Positions 20,471 to 30,599 of a stretch of 64,000 nt of DNA are shown here, piece after piece. The first letter of the stretch is position 1; each line of letters starts with the position of its first letter. This DNA is from an uncultured Candidatus Rokubacteria bacterium. Its GTDB lineage: Bacteria > Methylomirabilota > Methylomirabilia > Rokubacteriales > CSP1-6. The notes beneath the pieces were generated by a model that saw nothing but the letters and a program-made list of their open reading frames with translations, did not search any database and was not told the DNA's origin. Made by a program: the position numbers and the translations under genes. The stretch spans positions 96,001 to 160,000 of the forward strand of contig CAVWFS010000008.1 in assembly GCA_963754315.1 (NCBI GenBank). Reading direction: 5' to 3'.

Positions 20471-21544
20471 ATGCGTGAACTTCCAGTGAAGCCTCTCCCG
20501 AATGACCGGCAAGGTCGGCCTCGGCGCCAGCGCGTGCGCCGCGCCGTGGTCTGGGCGTGCCTTGCCACATCCTTTTGGGCAGCTGTTGCCTTGGCGGTGC
20601 CAGATCCGTCGACGCCGGCTCCTCCGGCGGCCCGTCCCCAGTCGGAGCAGACAGTCGACGCGCTGTCGGTGGTGAAGCTGCGCAGCAAGGCGGTCCGCAA
20701 CGCGCGCTCCGAGCGGACCCTGGGCTCGGTGCGCGAAGGAACCGGTGTCGTGATCGACGCAGACGGGTTGGTGCTCACCATCGGCTACCTGATCCTCGAG
20801 GCAGAGACGGTGGATCTGCTGACCGCGAACGGCACGTCCTTTCCCGCGGCCGTGATCGGCTACGACAGCGCCACCGGCTTCGGCCTGGTCAAATCGCTTC
20901 AGCCCCTGCCCATCAAGCCGGTCCAGTTCGGCCAGTCGTCGGGCGTTGCGGTCCGCGACCCCGTCCTGATCGTGGGCTTCGACGGCATCGCCCCCGCCTA
21001 CGTCGTGTCGCGTCGCCAGTTCGCTGGCTACTGGGAATACCTGCTCGACGAGGGTATCTACACCGCGCCGGCCACGGTCAACTGGAGTGGTGCCGCTTTG
21101 CTGAGCCGAGAAGGCAAGCTCCTGGGTATCGGCTCGCTCTCGGTGAACGATGCGGTGGGACCCGACAGCCATGTGCCGGGCAACTTGTTCGTGCCCATCG
21201 ACCTCTTGAACCCGCTGCTCCGCGATCTCGTGACCCGCGGGAAGTCCGCCGCGCCCCCGCGCCCGTGGCTCGGCGTGCGGACCCAGGAAGTCCATGGCAA
21301 CGTCGTCGTGGTGCAGGTCTCTCCGGAAAGTCCGGCAGAAGCGGCGATGCGGCCAGGCGATGTCATCGTCGCCGTTGGAGACCAGATCATCAAGGGCCAG
21401 GCAGATTTCTACGTCCGCCTGTGGTCACGCGGCAAGGCCGGTGTGGAGGTTCCCCTCGACGTTTTGCGGGACGGCCGAATCCAGAAGGTCACGGTCAAAT
21501 CCATCGATCGTGAGGCGTATTACCGGTCCCGCCCCACCTACTGA
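20471..21544 (+). CDS. S1C (HtrA-like) trypsin-fold protein with PDZ domain, atypical catalytic residues
   Basis: GTGVVID, LTIGYLI, NWSGAALL, RPWLGV and PGDVIVAV motifs; start uncertain (20429-20471). Confidence 0.8.
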   Translation: MRELPVKPLPNDRQGRPRRQRVRRAVVWACLATSFWAAVALAVPDPSTPAPPAARPQSEQTVDALSVVKLRSKAVRNARSERTLGSVREGTGVVIDADGLVLTIGYLILEAETVDLLTANGTSFPAAVIGYDSATGFGLVKSLQPLPIKPVQFGQSSGVAVRDPVLIVGFDGIAPAYVVSRRQFAGYWEYLLDEGIYTAPATVNWSGAALLSREGKLLGIGSLSVNDAVGPDSHVPGNLFVPIDLLNPLLRDLVTRGKSAAPPRPWLGVRTQEVHGNVVVVQVSPESPAEAAMRPGDVIVAVGDQIIKGQADFYVRLWSRGKAGVEVPLDVLRDGRIQKVTVKSIDREAYYRSRPTY

Positions 21545-21657
21545 CTTGGCGCTATAATCGCCATTGGCCCCCATGCAGGCGAGATCGCAAGCCCGCGAGG
21601 CTCGGACAGCGTGGGATGACAGGGCGCATCGGCGGTGTGCCCAGGAGGAGGATGGCG

Positions 21658-22848
21658 ATGGCGACCAACCTACTCGATCTGGTCAAGGGATACCTCACAC
21701 CCGATATCGTCGACAAAGCGGCCTCGTACGTCGGAGAGTCGGGCCCGGCGACTCAGAAGGCCCTCGCCGGCATCCTTCCTACCATCCTCGCCGCCCTGAT
21801 GAATCAGGGCTCGACGCCTGGCGGTGTCCAGCAGATCGCCCAGATGCTAGACACGGGCAGGTACGACGGCAGCGCGCTGTCTAACCTCGGAAGCCTCTTC
21901 GGCGGAGGATCGTCCACTCAGGACGCGCTCGGAGCGGGCAGGGGAATCCTGGAGTCGCTGTTCGGTAGCAAGCTCGGCGGTGTGACGGACCTTATCGCGC
22001 GCTCTTCAGGTGTGCGCCCCGCCTCCGCCTCATCCTTGATGGCGCTCGCAACGCCCATCATCATGCACGTCCTGGGAAGGCAGCGTGCGCAGGCCGGTGG
22101 AACCATCCCTGCTCTGACCGCTCTCCTGGGAGAGCAAAAGGGCTTCCTGAGCGGCCTGCTCCCCGCTGGTCTCGGAGCGATGCTCGGCTGGCCGAGCCTG
22201 ACTTCTGGCGTCTCCGAGCTTGGCTCCACCGCGGCTGGAGCCGCGGCTCGCGCCACCCGAGAGGTGACGGAGGTCACCTCGAAGCGTCCTGGCTGGCTGA
22301 TTCCGCTCGGCGCCGTCGCGGCGCTGGTCCTTGCCTGGCTGCTGTACCAGTGGTCGGCCGCTCCGGTCACCCAGGTCACACGCGACGCGACCCGCAGGCT
22401 GGCCGAGCTACAGCTGCCCGGTGGCATCAGGCTCTCCGTGCCCGAAGGGGCCTTCAACTTCAGCGTGGCCACATGGCTCGCGAGCACCACCGACACGACG
22501 GTCCCCAAGCGATTCGTCTTCGATAACCTCAACTTCGAGACCGGCTCGACCCAGCTGACGCCGGAATCGCGTCCGACAGTGGACCACCTCCTCGTCATTC
22601 TGAAAGCCTATCCAGCCGTCGAGGTTCTCGTGGAGGGACACACGGATGCCACCGGCGATCCCGCGGCCAACAAGAAGCTGTCGCTCGACCGGGCCACCGC
22701 AGTGAGAGGCATCCTGGTCACGGGTGGTGTCGCCGACTCGCGCATCAAGACGGCCGGGGTCGGACCGGATAAGCCGATCGCTTCCAACGACACCGAAGAC
22801 GGCCGGGCGAAGAACCGGCGAATCGAGCTGGTCGTCGAGAAGCGCTAG
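21658..22848 (+). CDS. DUF937-like N-terminus, TM helix and OmpA-like peptidoglycan-binding domain
   Basis: NFETGS, VEGHTD, LSLDRA and NRRIELVV motifs. Confidence 0.9.
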   Translation: MATNLLDLVKGYLTPDIVDKAASYVGESGPATQKALAGILPTILAALMNQGSTPGGVQQIAQMLDTGRYDGSALSNLGSLFGGGSSTQDALGAGRGILESLFGSKLGGVTDLIARSSGVRPASASSLMALATPIIMHVLGRQRAQAGGTIPALTALLGEQKGFLSGLLPAGLGAMLGWPSLTSGVSELGSTAAGAAARATREVTEVTSKRPGWLIPLGAVAALVLAWLLYQWSAAPVTQVTRDATRRLAELQLPGGIRLSVPEGAFNFSVATWLASTTDTTVPKRFVFDNLNFETGSTQLTPESRPTVDHLLVILKAYPAVEVLVEGHTDATGDPAANKKLSLDRATAVRGILVTGGVADSRIKTAGVGPDKPIASNDTEDGRAKNRRIELVVEKR

Positions 22849-22867
22849 CGAGTTTACTCGCCGAAAT

Positions 22868-23290
22868 CTCCAAGGAGACGGTAGTATCAACGCCGCCGTT
22901 GCCTTGCTCATCGCCGGGTGCGCCGGCACCGCCAACTTGGGGACGCCCAAGGCGCTGACCGACGCCGACCGGGCGATGCTGGCCGGGACATGGCAGGGGC
23001 AGGTCGTGAATTCGACGGGGGCGCGCTCCGCGGCGACGTTGCGGGTCAACGCTGGCGGCACGTATACGATTACAGCAGGCCCCGCGTCTTCTCAGGGCCG
23101 GACGGAAATTCGGGACGGGGGCTTTTCGTTCGTAGCGAGTGCCGCCCCGATGGGCCGGGGTGAGGCGGCGTCGACGGGGCAGCGCACGGGGACGGGCGTG
23201 GTGCTTGACCGGGGTGACACCTGGGCGATCATCGGCTCGGGCCAGGCCGCCGCCGGCCCCTACAATTTCGAGTTCAGCAAACCTAAGTAA
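22868..23290 (+). CDS. Putative lipoprotein (start unresolved)
   Basis: Lipobox-like LLIAGC and a beta-rich LAGTWQG body; no clear start codon. Confidence 0.45.
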   Translation, partial: LQGDGSINAAVALLIAGCAGTANLGTPKALTDADRAMLAGTWQGQVVNSTGARSAATLRVNAGGTYTITAGPASSQGRTEIRDGGFSFVASAAPMGRGEAASTGQRTGTGVVLDRGDTWAIIGSGQAAAGPYNFEFSKPK

Positions 23291-23327
23291 GCCCGATCAA
23301 GGTCGCCGGCAGATCAGGCGAGATTTC

Positions 23328-24425
23328 TCAGAGGAATCGGGCCGGACGGAAAGCCGCCAGCCGAGGGTCGGGGACACCATCCAGCAGCTCGGCGGCGGCT
23401 AGGTGTCCCCACAGCGGCCCGAGGGTCACCCCGCTGTGCGACGTCACGATGTAGAATCCGTCGAGCTCGGGCAGAGCCCCCACCATGGGCTTCTGGTCGC
23501 GGGGCATGGGCCGCACGCCGACCCTGGTCGTCTCGATGCGTGCTCCCGCCAGAGCGGGCAGATGGACTGCCACCGCCGCCAGGGAACGCTCGGCGGGCCA
23601 GGCGTCGTCAGCAGGCTGGTTCCACACGTGGTCGTGGGCGCCCTCGGCCAGCACGATCCGCCCAGCGCCGTCCGGCCGGAAGTGCACACCGGGAGCGTGG
23701 ATCGGTCGCTTGAGAGTCGTGGCGACCGGCTGTGTGTAGATGAGGCGGCCGGGGACGCGGTCGAAGGGTAGCTTGATGCCGGCCAGCCGCCACACCTCGT
23801 CCGTGGCCGGCCCGGCACAGTCCACGACGACGTCCGCCTCGAACCGATCTCCGCTCTCGACAGTAACGCCGCGTACCCGGCTCCCGGTGCGAATCACGCT
23901 CGTGACACGGTGGCCGGGCAGCACCCGGGCTCCCCGCTGCGCGGCGTGGGAGAGCAGCGCGCCGATGAGGGGGACCACCTCGACGTAGCCCTCGCTCGGG
24001 GTGAAGACCACCTCGTCGACGTGCGGGGCAATGGCCAGGTCAGGTTCCAGGGATCGCGCCTCCTGCGGCGAGATGAGCTCGACCTGATAGCCCCAGCTTG
24101 CCAATCGTTCGACGGTTTCCTTGAGACGAGCGCGCTCGAGAGGCGCCTCCTCCCAGGCCAGGGCCCCATCGTGCTTCAGCCAGGAGCCACCGCCCAGCTC
24201 GCGCGCGAGAGCGACGTGCGCGTCCATGCCGGCCGTGTTCAAGTCGTGGTAATCGCGGGGCGTCTTGCCGAAGGAGTTGATCCACGCGAAGCTCGCGCCG
24301 GAGGTCCCTCCGCCCGGCGCGCCCGCCTCGAGCACGGTCACTTTGGCGCCGCGCGCCGTCAGGCGGTAGGCCACGTTTGCGCCGACCGAGCCGGCGCCGA
24401 TGACGATGATGTCTGCTCCGCTCAT
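23328..24425 (-). CDS. FAD-dependent oxidoreductase, DAO/sarcosine/glycine oxidase family
   Basis: IGAGSVG, GTSGASFA, GVRPMPRD and HSGVTLGP motifs. Confidence 0.9.
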   Translation of the reverse strand: MSGADIIVIGAGSVGANVAYRLTARGAKVTVLEAGAPGGGTSGASFAWINSFGKTPRDYHDLNTAGMDAHVALARELGGGSWLKHDGALAWEEAPLERARLKETVERLASWGYQVELISPQEARSLEPDLAIAPHVDEVVFTPSEGYVEVVPLIGALLSHAAQRGARVLPGHRVTSVIRTGSRVRGVTVESGDRFEADVVVDCAGPATDEVWRLAGIKLPFDRVPGRLIYTQPVATTLKRPIHAPGVHFRPDGAGRIVLAEGAHDHVWNQPADDAWPAERSLAAVAVHLPALAGARIETTRVGVRPMPRDQKPMVGALPELDGFYIVTSHSGVTLGPLWGHLAAAELLDGVPDPRLAAFRPARFL

Positions 24426-24687
24426 CGAAGACCGCTCACGATGACCTCACCCGATCGATGCGTCGCAATGGCTGATTCGTTCGCGGGCGTCAAGGCGCCC
24501 TACGGGATGGTGCGCCGGCGCAGGGGCGCAGTCAAGGCGAGCGAAGTCTATCGGGTCCGCCCAGGACACGTCGCGCCGCCCGCCTGTCGTGCACCCTCGA
24601 AGTACGATAGAGTTTGGCAGGCGCGCTCGATGACGCGGGCCAAGGTCGCCGTACGAGAGCATCGCCCGCGCCAGGGAGGGAAAGCCC

Positions 24688-26028
24688 GTGCACAAGCCTG
24701 TCCGCGTCGTCCACTACATCAACCAGTTCTTCGCCGGCATCGGCGGGGAGGCAGCCGCCAACTCCCCCGTCATCATCCGTCACGAAGTTGTGGGTGCCGC
24801 TCGTGCGTTGCAGGGCGCACTGGGCAGCGATGCTGAGATCGTCGCCACCCTGATCTGTGGCGACAACTTCTTTCACGACGAGCGGGAGCGCGCACGCCAC
24901 GCGGTCCGGGAGGCGTTGCGCTCGGCCCGGCCCGACGTCGTGGTGGCCGGACCTGCCTTCGAAGCAGGCCGCTATGGCATCGCGTGTGCCGAGGTGTGCC
25001 GGGCTGCAGACGCCGAGGGCCTTCCCGCCGTGACGGCCATGCATCCGAGCAACCCCGGTGTTCTGATGCACGGCCGCGAGGTGCTGGTCGTGCCCACTGC
25101 CGCCAGCGCGGCCGGGATGCACGAGGCGCTGGCGCCCCTCGCGCGCCTCGCCCTCAAGCTCGCCCGTGGCGAGGCATTGGGCACCGCGGAGAGCGAGGGC
25201 TACCTGTCGCGCGGGATCCGCCGGGTCGGCTCCCGTCCCGAGCCTGGCTACCGCCGGGCCGTTGACATGCTCCTGGCCAAGCTGAACGGTCGGTCGTATG
25301 TCAGCGAGATCCCGTACCAGGCTCCAGCGATGGTGCAGCCGGCGCCGCCGGTGGCGGAGCTCGGCCGGGCATCGGTGGCCCTCGTCACCACGGGTGGGCT
25401 CGTTCCCAAGGGCAATCCGGATGGTCAGACCTCGGGCAATGCCCAGCAGTACTACCGTTACTCCATCGATCAGCTCCAGTCGCTTCGGCCTGGCGAGTGG
25501 GAGGCATACCACGTCGGATACTTCACCCATCTGGTGAACAAGAACCCCAACTACGTCCTCCCGCTCGGCTACATGCGTGAGCTGGAGAAAACAGGGGTCA
25601 TAGGCTCCGTCCACCCCTACGCCTACACTCTGCCCGGCGTCAGCACGCCAGTGGCGCAGGCGGAGCGGCTGGGGCTCGGGATCGCCTCTCAGCTTCGCGA
25701 AGCGAAGGTCGGCGCCTGTCTGCTCGTCTCAACCTGAGGAACCTGCAATCGTTGCGGCGCAACGATCGCGAAGGAGATCGAGCGAGTGGGTATCCCGGTA
25801 GCCATGATCTCGGCAATCTACGATCTCGCCCTCACCACCGGCGCCAATCGCGTCGTGCGCGGGTGCCGGATCGAGCACGTGTGCGGCAATCCCGACCTCG
25901 GCCCCGACAAGGATCGCGAGTACGGCATGCGTATCATCACGACCGCGCTCCAGGCCCTTACGACTGCCGTCACCGGCCCCACCCTCTTCGAGCCTCAGAG
26001 CGCTTCGGAGGCGATCCATGCGTCTTGA
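24688..26028 (+). CDS. grdB: Glycine/sarcosine/betaine reductase selenoprotein B, copy 1 (Sec TGA 25735-25737; UGTCNRC)
   Basis: HYINQFFAGIGGE, AGPAFEAGRYG and ALVTTGGLVPKGNPD motifs. ORFs 24688..25737 and 25786..26028 are in one frame joined by LVST-TGA-GTCNRCGAT. Confidence 0.93.
25748..25766 (+). promoter_or_regulatory. Putative SECIS hairpin of grdB copy 1
   Basis: AUCGUUGC-GGC-GCAACGAU, perfect 8-bp stem starting 10 nt after UGA. Confidence 0.75.
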
Positions 26029-27325
26029 GCTGGGGACATTCCCAGTTCGCGAGGCCCGCTTCGGGGCCGCCACGCGCTGGGACGATGGGCTCCTCACGAT
26101 CGATCGCGAGGCGGTGCTCGGCGCCGTGCACGACGATCCCCTCGTGGCCACCGCCAGCCTCGAGATCGCCCGACCAGGCGAGTCGGTGCGCATCTGGCCC
26201 GTCCGTGACGTCGTCGAGCCACGGGTCAAGGTGAACGGGCCCGGGGTGGCGTATCCCGGCTGGTTTGGACGTTCCATCGAGACGGTCGGCCGAGGGCGGA
26301 CGCATCGTCTGGCTGGGGTGGGGGTCGTGGAGGTGTCATCGGTCAACTGGCACGACGCTGGAGGTGACTTCGTCGACGAGTACATCGACATGGTGGGCCC
26401 CTGGGCCGAGATCACGCCGCAGTCCGGTCTGATCAATATTTGTCTGGTCGTGGAGCCCGACCCAGGCTTGGCCGTTCAGACCAAGAACGAGGTTGTTCAT
26501 CGAGCCACCTTGGCCGTCTCCGATGCGCTGGCAACAGCCGTCCGCGGGCTGCGTCCACCCGAGTTGGAGACGTTCGAGCTGACGGCGGCGCCGCCCACCC
26601 TGCCCGGTGTCGTGTACATCCAGTGCGTGCACTCGCCGCAGGCGATGTCCCACTCCGAGCACACGTTCTGCACCGGCACCTACGGGCTCACCCGGCTCAC
26701 GCCCCCCTGGCTTCTCCATCCGAACGAGATCCTCGACGGTGCGCTGTCGGGCCCCTACCGAACGCTGTTCGCGACGTCGTGGACGGTGGTGAACAACCCG
26801 ATCCTGCTCGATCTCTACCGGCGGCACGGTCGCGATCTGCGGTTCCTTGGAGTCATCGTCTTCCGCACGGAGTGGACTACTCAGACCGAGAAGGACCTGA
26901 TGGCCGAGCAGGCGGCCAAGCTCGCCCAGATGCTCGGAGCCCAGGGCGCCATGGTGACGTGGGACGCCGGCGGCAACGAGTACATCGAGGTCGTGCATAC
27001 CGTGAGAGCGTGCGAGCGACTGGGTATCAAGACGGTATTTCTCACCAGCGAGGATAGCCCGGAGGGCGGCGCCCCCTCACTGCTGAAGCCGGTGCCCGAG
27101 GCCGATGCCATCGTGACCACGGGGTTCTTCAACACCCGGTATCTGGAGCTGGGCCTGATGCCCCCCGTCGATCGGGTGATCGGTTACGGACAGAAAGCGG
27201 CGGGACGAGCCGTGGACGCCACCGTGGTGGGCGCACCGCAGGTCGATACGGCCGGAGCGATTCCGCCGCCATGGCGCCACGACGACCACTACGGCTTCAC
27301 CCGGCTGTCGTCCTTCGCGTACTGA
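26018..27325 (+). CDS. Reductase component B substrate-binding subunit (GrdE/GrdG/GrdI family), copy 1
   Basis: MRLELG, IARPGESVRI, DVVEPRVK, GRGRTHRL, LHPNEILDGA and NNP..DLY..HG motifs. Confidence 0.88.
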   Translation: MRLELGTFPVREARFGAATRWDDGLLTIDREAVLGAVHDDPLVATASLEIARPGESVRIWPVRDVVEPRVKVNGPGVAYPGWFGRSIETVGRGRTHRLAGVGVVEVSSVNWHDAGGDFVDEYIDMVGPWAEITPQSGLINICLVVEPDPGLAVQTKNEVVHRATLAVSDALATAVRGLRPPELETFELTAAPPTLPGVVYIQCVHSPQAMSHSEHTFCTGTYGLTRLTPPWLLHPNEILDGALSGPYRTLFATSWTVVNNPILLDLYRRHGRDLRFLGVIVFRTEWTTQTEKDLMAEQAAKLAQMLGAQGAMVTWDAGGNEYIEVVHTVRACERLGIKTVFLTSEDSPEGGAPSLLKPVPEADAIVTTGFFNTRYLELGLMPPVDRVIGYGQKAAGRAVDATVVGAPQVDTAGAIPPPWRHDDHYGFTRLSSFAY

Positions 27326-28789
27326 TGGCGGTCGTCGTCCGTGGTGCCCGCATGGTTCTGGCTCACACGCCAGGGCTCGTGCGCCACGGCTCGAAGCCGG
27401 CCCGCGAGCTCGGGCGCGACCCGGGGCTCCTTGATCGTCTCACGGCGAGCCTGCGGGCTTACGGGGCAGCGGCTGCCTACCCGCCCAACCGCGTGTTCCT
27501 CGGCGCCCTCGTTCCCGACGCGCTTTCATCGCTCCCACGACCGTGGTTCGAGGCGGACTAGCCCGCAGGACGCCCGCGGCCCGCACGGGTTCATCGTGCC
27601 GGAAGATTCGTTCTACGGCCTCCTGAAGGGCGACGACGAGTTCGACGTGGTCTGGCTCGACGAGGGGTTCGTGAGGGAGATCCGGGAAGGTCTTGCCCGC
27701 CACCCTCTGACTGCGCCCGACGATCTCGCGCGGGTTGGCGAGGGCAAACCGGCCTCGGCAATCCGGGCCCGACTCGAGTCGGACGGCGCGCTCTCCCTGA
27801 CCCTGCGCGATGGACGACTGATCGGCTGCGTGGGACGGGCTCACGAGGAGGACGCCTCGCTCGCCGCCGACATTCTTCTCGAGAACCTCGCTGCAAAGAC
27901 CACGGCCGTCCTGGCTCTGCGCACCCTCATCGCGGACGGCCTCGCCGACGCGGCGACAATCCCGTATGTGATCAGCAGCGGAGAGGAGGCGGTAGGCGAT
28001 CGCTACCAACGCGGGGGCGGCAATCTCGCCAAGGCTGTCGCCGAGCGCTGCGGGTGCGGCATGGCCAGCGGAGCGGACATCAAGGCGTTCTGCTGCGGAC
28101 CCGTCCACGCGTTCGTCACTGCGGGCGCCCTGGTGGCTGCGGGGGTCTTCGAGCAGGTCGCCGTGGTGGGCGGCTGCTCGCTCGCCAAGCTGGGCATGAA
28201 GTTCCAGGGACATCTGGCCAAGGGCTACCCGATCGTCGAGGACGTGCTGGCAGGTTTCGCCGCCCTCGTCGGGCGCGACGACGGTCGCTCGCCGGTTCTC
28301 CGTCTGGATGCGATCGGACGCCACTCAGTGGGCGCGGGTGGGGCGCAGCAGGCCATACTCGAGGCCCTGACGGTGAAACCCCTCGAGCGGCTCGGTCTGC
28401 GGCTGAGTGACGTCGACCGCTACGCGACCGAGCTGCACAATCCAGAAGCCACCGAGCCGGCGGGAAGCGGTAACGTGCCGCTCCTGAACTATCGTCTTCT
28501 GGCAGCGCTGGCGGTCTCGCGGGGCGAGATCCCGCGTCAGGCGCTGGGAGATTTCGTCACCCGCCACGGCATGCCGGGCTTCTCTCCGACCCAGGGTCAC
28601 ATCGCCTCAGCGGTACCGTTTCTCGCCCACGCGCTCGACGGCCTGACTTCCGGGTCCCTGCGACGCGTCATGTTCCTGGCCAAGGGCAGCCTGTTCCTGG
28701 GCCGCATGACTCAGATGTCCGATGGGCTGTCGTTCATCCTCGAGCGCAACCCGCAACTCCCGACCGAGCCGGAGGACCGATCGACATGA
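27325..28789 (+). CDS. grdC: Reductase component C beta subunit (FabH-like GrdC), one +1 frameshift near 27560
   Basis: N-terminus LAHTPGLVRHGSKP...YPPNRVFLG (frame of ORF 27271), then EEAVGDRYQRGGGNLAK, KLGMKFQ, ELHNPE, GFSPTQGHI and KGSLFLGRMT (ORF 27341). Confidence 0.88.
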
Positions 28790-29250
28790 TGCTCAAAGGA
28801 AAGAAGGTACTCGCCATCGGCGAGCGAGACGGCGTCCCGGGTCCTGCCATCGCCCGCTGCGCCCAGGAGGCCGGTGCCGAGGTGGTCATGGAGATGACTC
28901 ATTGCTTCGTCTGAACGGCAGCGGGCGCCCTTGACCTGGAAGGTCAAGACACGATCAAGAGAGTGGCCGAGCGCTATGCCCGCGACGAACTGATGGTGCT
29001 GATCGGCACGCCCAATCCTGAGAGCAGTGAGCTGGTGGCCACCACCCTCACGGAAGGCGACCCGACCTGGGCCGGCGTCCTGGCCGGGGTCCGACTCGAG
29101 CTCCCCGTGTTTCACATCACCGAGGATGACGTCAAGGCGCTGGTGCCCCCCGATGTGTATGCGGCGCAGGTCGGGCTGGCCGAGGTCGCCCTCGACACCG
29201 ATGCCATTGCTGAGACCCTCCAGCAGGTCCGCTCGCGGATAAGGGGTTAG
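28786..29250 (+). CDS. grdA: Glycine reductase selenoprotein A (Sec TGA 28912-28914; CFVU)
   Basis: MMLKGKKVLAIGERDGVPGPAI...HCFV-TGA-TAAGALDLEGQ continues in frame into ORF 28963..29250 (GDPTWAGVLAGV). Confidence 0.94.
28930..28948 (+). promoter_or_regulatory. Putative SECIS hairpin of grdA
   Basis: CUUGACCU-GGA-AGGUCAAG, perfect 8-bp stem starting 15 nt after UGA. Confidence 0.72.
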
Positions 29251-29287
29251 GGGCTGGAGGCCCCGGACCCCGGCCAGGAGTCACGAG

Positions 29288-29803
29288 ATGATCTACATGG
29301 TCGAGATGGCGCTCCTCGATCTCGCACGGCGCGCCGAGTGGGACGCCTGGTACATTGCCCACCAGCATCGGCTTCTGTCCATCCCGGGATTCCGTGCCAG
29401 CCAGCGCTTCGAGGCGGTTCATGCAGCGGCCTCGCCCTTCGTGGCGCTGCACGAGGTTGACGCGCCAGACGTCTTCGTCAGTCCACCCTATCGGACGAAC
29501 GCGGGGCCAAGCAACACGGGTGAGTGGCAGGCGAGGATGGACAACTGGCACCGCAACCTGTTCGCGGGTATTGACCACACCCCAGAGGTGGCTATGGATG
29601 CGCGTCTGGTGGTGGTGGAAGACGGTGGGCCGGGGCTCCTGGGCCACACGTCGGTGCAATGGATGGAGGCGGTCGGACTGGATCGTAGCGTGAAGCGACG
29701 CGGGCTGGCGGTGCTGCCACCAGCGACGGCGGATCGCTTCGCGGGCACGGCTCGTGTCCGCGTGCTGCAACCGATCGGCCCCCGGCTGCGCCCTGACGGC
29801 TGA
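29288..29803 (+). CDS. Hypothetical protein, EthD-like dimeric alpha-beta barrel N-terminus
   Basis: EWDAWY..H...LLSIPGFRASQRF pattern. Confidence 0.65.
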   Translation: MIYMVEMALLDLARRAEWDAWYIAHQHRLLSIPGFRASQRFEAVHAAASPFVALHEVDAPDVFVSPPYRTNAGPSNTGEWQARMDNWHRNLFAGIDHTPEVAMDARLVVVEDGGPGLLGHTSVQWMEAVGLDRSVKRRGLAVLPPATADRFAGTARVRVLQPIGPRLRPDG

Positions 29804-29813
29804 GGAAGGGCGA

Positions 29814-30599
29814 ATGTCGGTCATCGAACAGAGTGCCCAAGCTGACGTGGCGCGGATCCACGAGCGCGGATATGTCGTCATTCCCGGCCTCCTGTCCTCG
29901 CGCCAACTCGACGAGATCAGGTCCGCCCTCGCGCCGTACCTGCGCGGAACGCTTCGGGGCCGTAACGCCTTCGAAGGGTTCGATACCGAGCGCGTGTACG
30001 CCTTGCTGGCCAAGGCGCCGGTGGTCGCCGAGTTGGTCGAGCACCCACGCGTGCTGGCGCTCATCGATCAGCTCCTGGAAGCCAGCTACCTGCTCTCTGC
30101 AAATCTCGCCATCCAGCTCTACCCGGGCCAGACGCATCAGCCGCTGCATTTCGACGATAGCTTCTGCAAGGTCCCCCGCCCACGGAAGGCCTATGGGGTG
30201 AGCGCGATCTGGGCCATTGACGACTTCACGGCAGAAAACGGCGCCACCGAGGTGATCCCGGAAAGCCATCGCTGGGGTGCGGAACGACCGGCCGAGGACG
30301 ACCCGCGGATCGAAGGGGTCGTCATGAGCGCCGGCTCGGTCTTGGTGTTCACGGGCACGCTCTGGCACCGGGGCGGCGCCAACCGGAGCACGGTGCCGCG
30401 GCTGGCCATTACACCGCAGTACTGTGAGCCCTGGCTGCGCCAGATCGAACAACAGGTGCTCTGTGTCCCGCCCGAGATGGCGGCGCAGTACTCGGAGCGC
30501 GTGCAACAGCTTCTGGGCTACAGCATCTACCCGCCGTTCATGGGTTACGTGAACGGCCTGCACCCGCGCCGGCTACTCGACGGCTTCCGTCACCGTTGA
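29814..30599 (+). CDS. Phytanoyl-CoA dioxygenase (PhyH) family Fe(II)/2-oxoglutarate oxygenase
   Basis: QPLHFDD (HxD), DDFTAENGAT, LWHRGGAN and downstream Arg. Confidence 0.9.
   Translation: MSVIEQSAQADVARIHERGYVVIPGLLSSRQLDEIRSALAPYLRGTLRGRNAFEGFDTERVYALLAKAPVVAELVEHPRVLALIDQLLEASYLLSANLAIQLYPGQTHQPLHFDDSFCKVPRPRKAYGVSAIWAIDDFTAENGATEVIPESHRWGAERPAEDDPRIEGVVMSAGSVLVFTGTLWHRGGANRSTVPRLAITPQYCEPWLRQIEQQVLCVPPEMAAQYSERVQQLLGYSIYPPFMGYVNGLHPRRLLDGFRHR

Noticed and set aside
19247..21295. Long antisense ORFs (also 39358..40965, 57475..58833, and the 5' parts of 3125, 47146, 47941 and 51848)
   Set aside because: These are shadow frames of well-supported genes in high-GC DNA and carry no recognisable motifs.
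21553..21558. TATAAT promoter upstream of the OmpA-family gene
   Set aside because: A perfect -10 but no matching -35 or extended -10; too weak to call.
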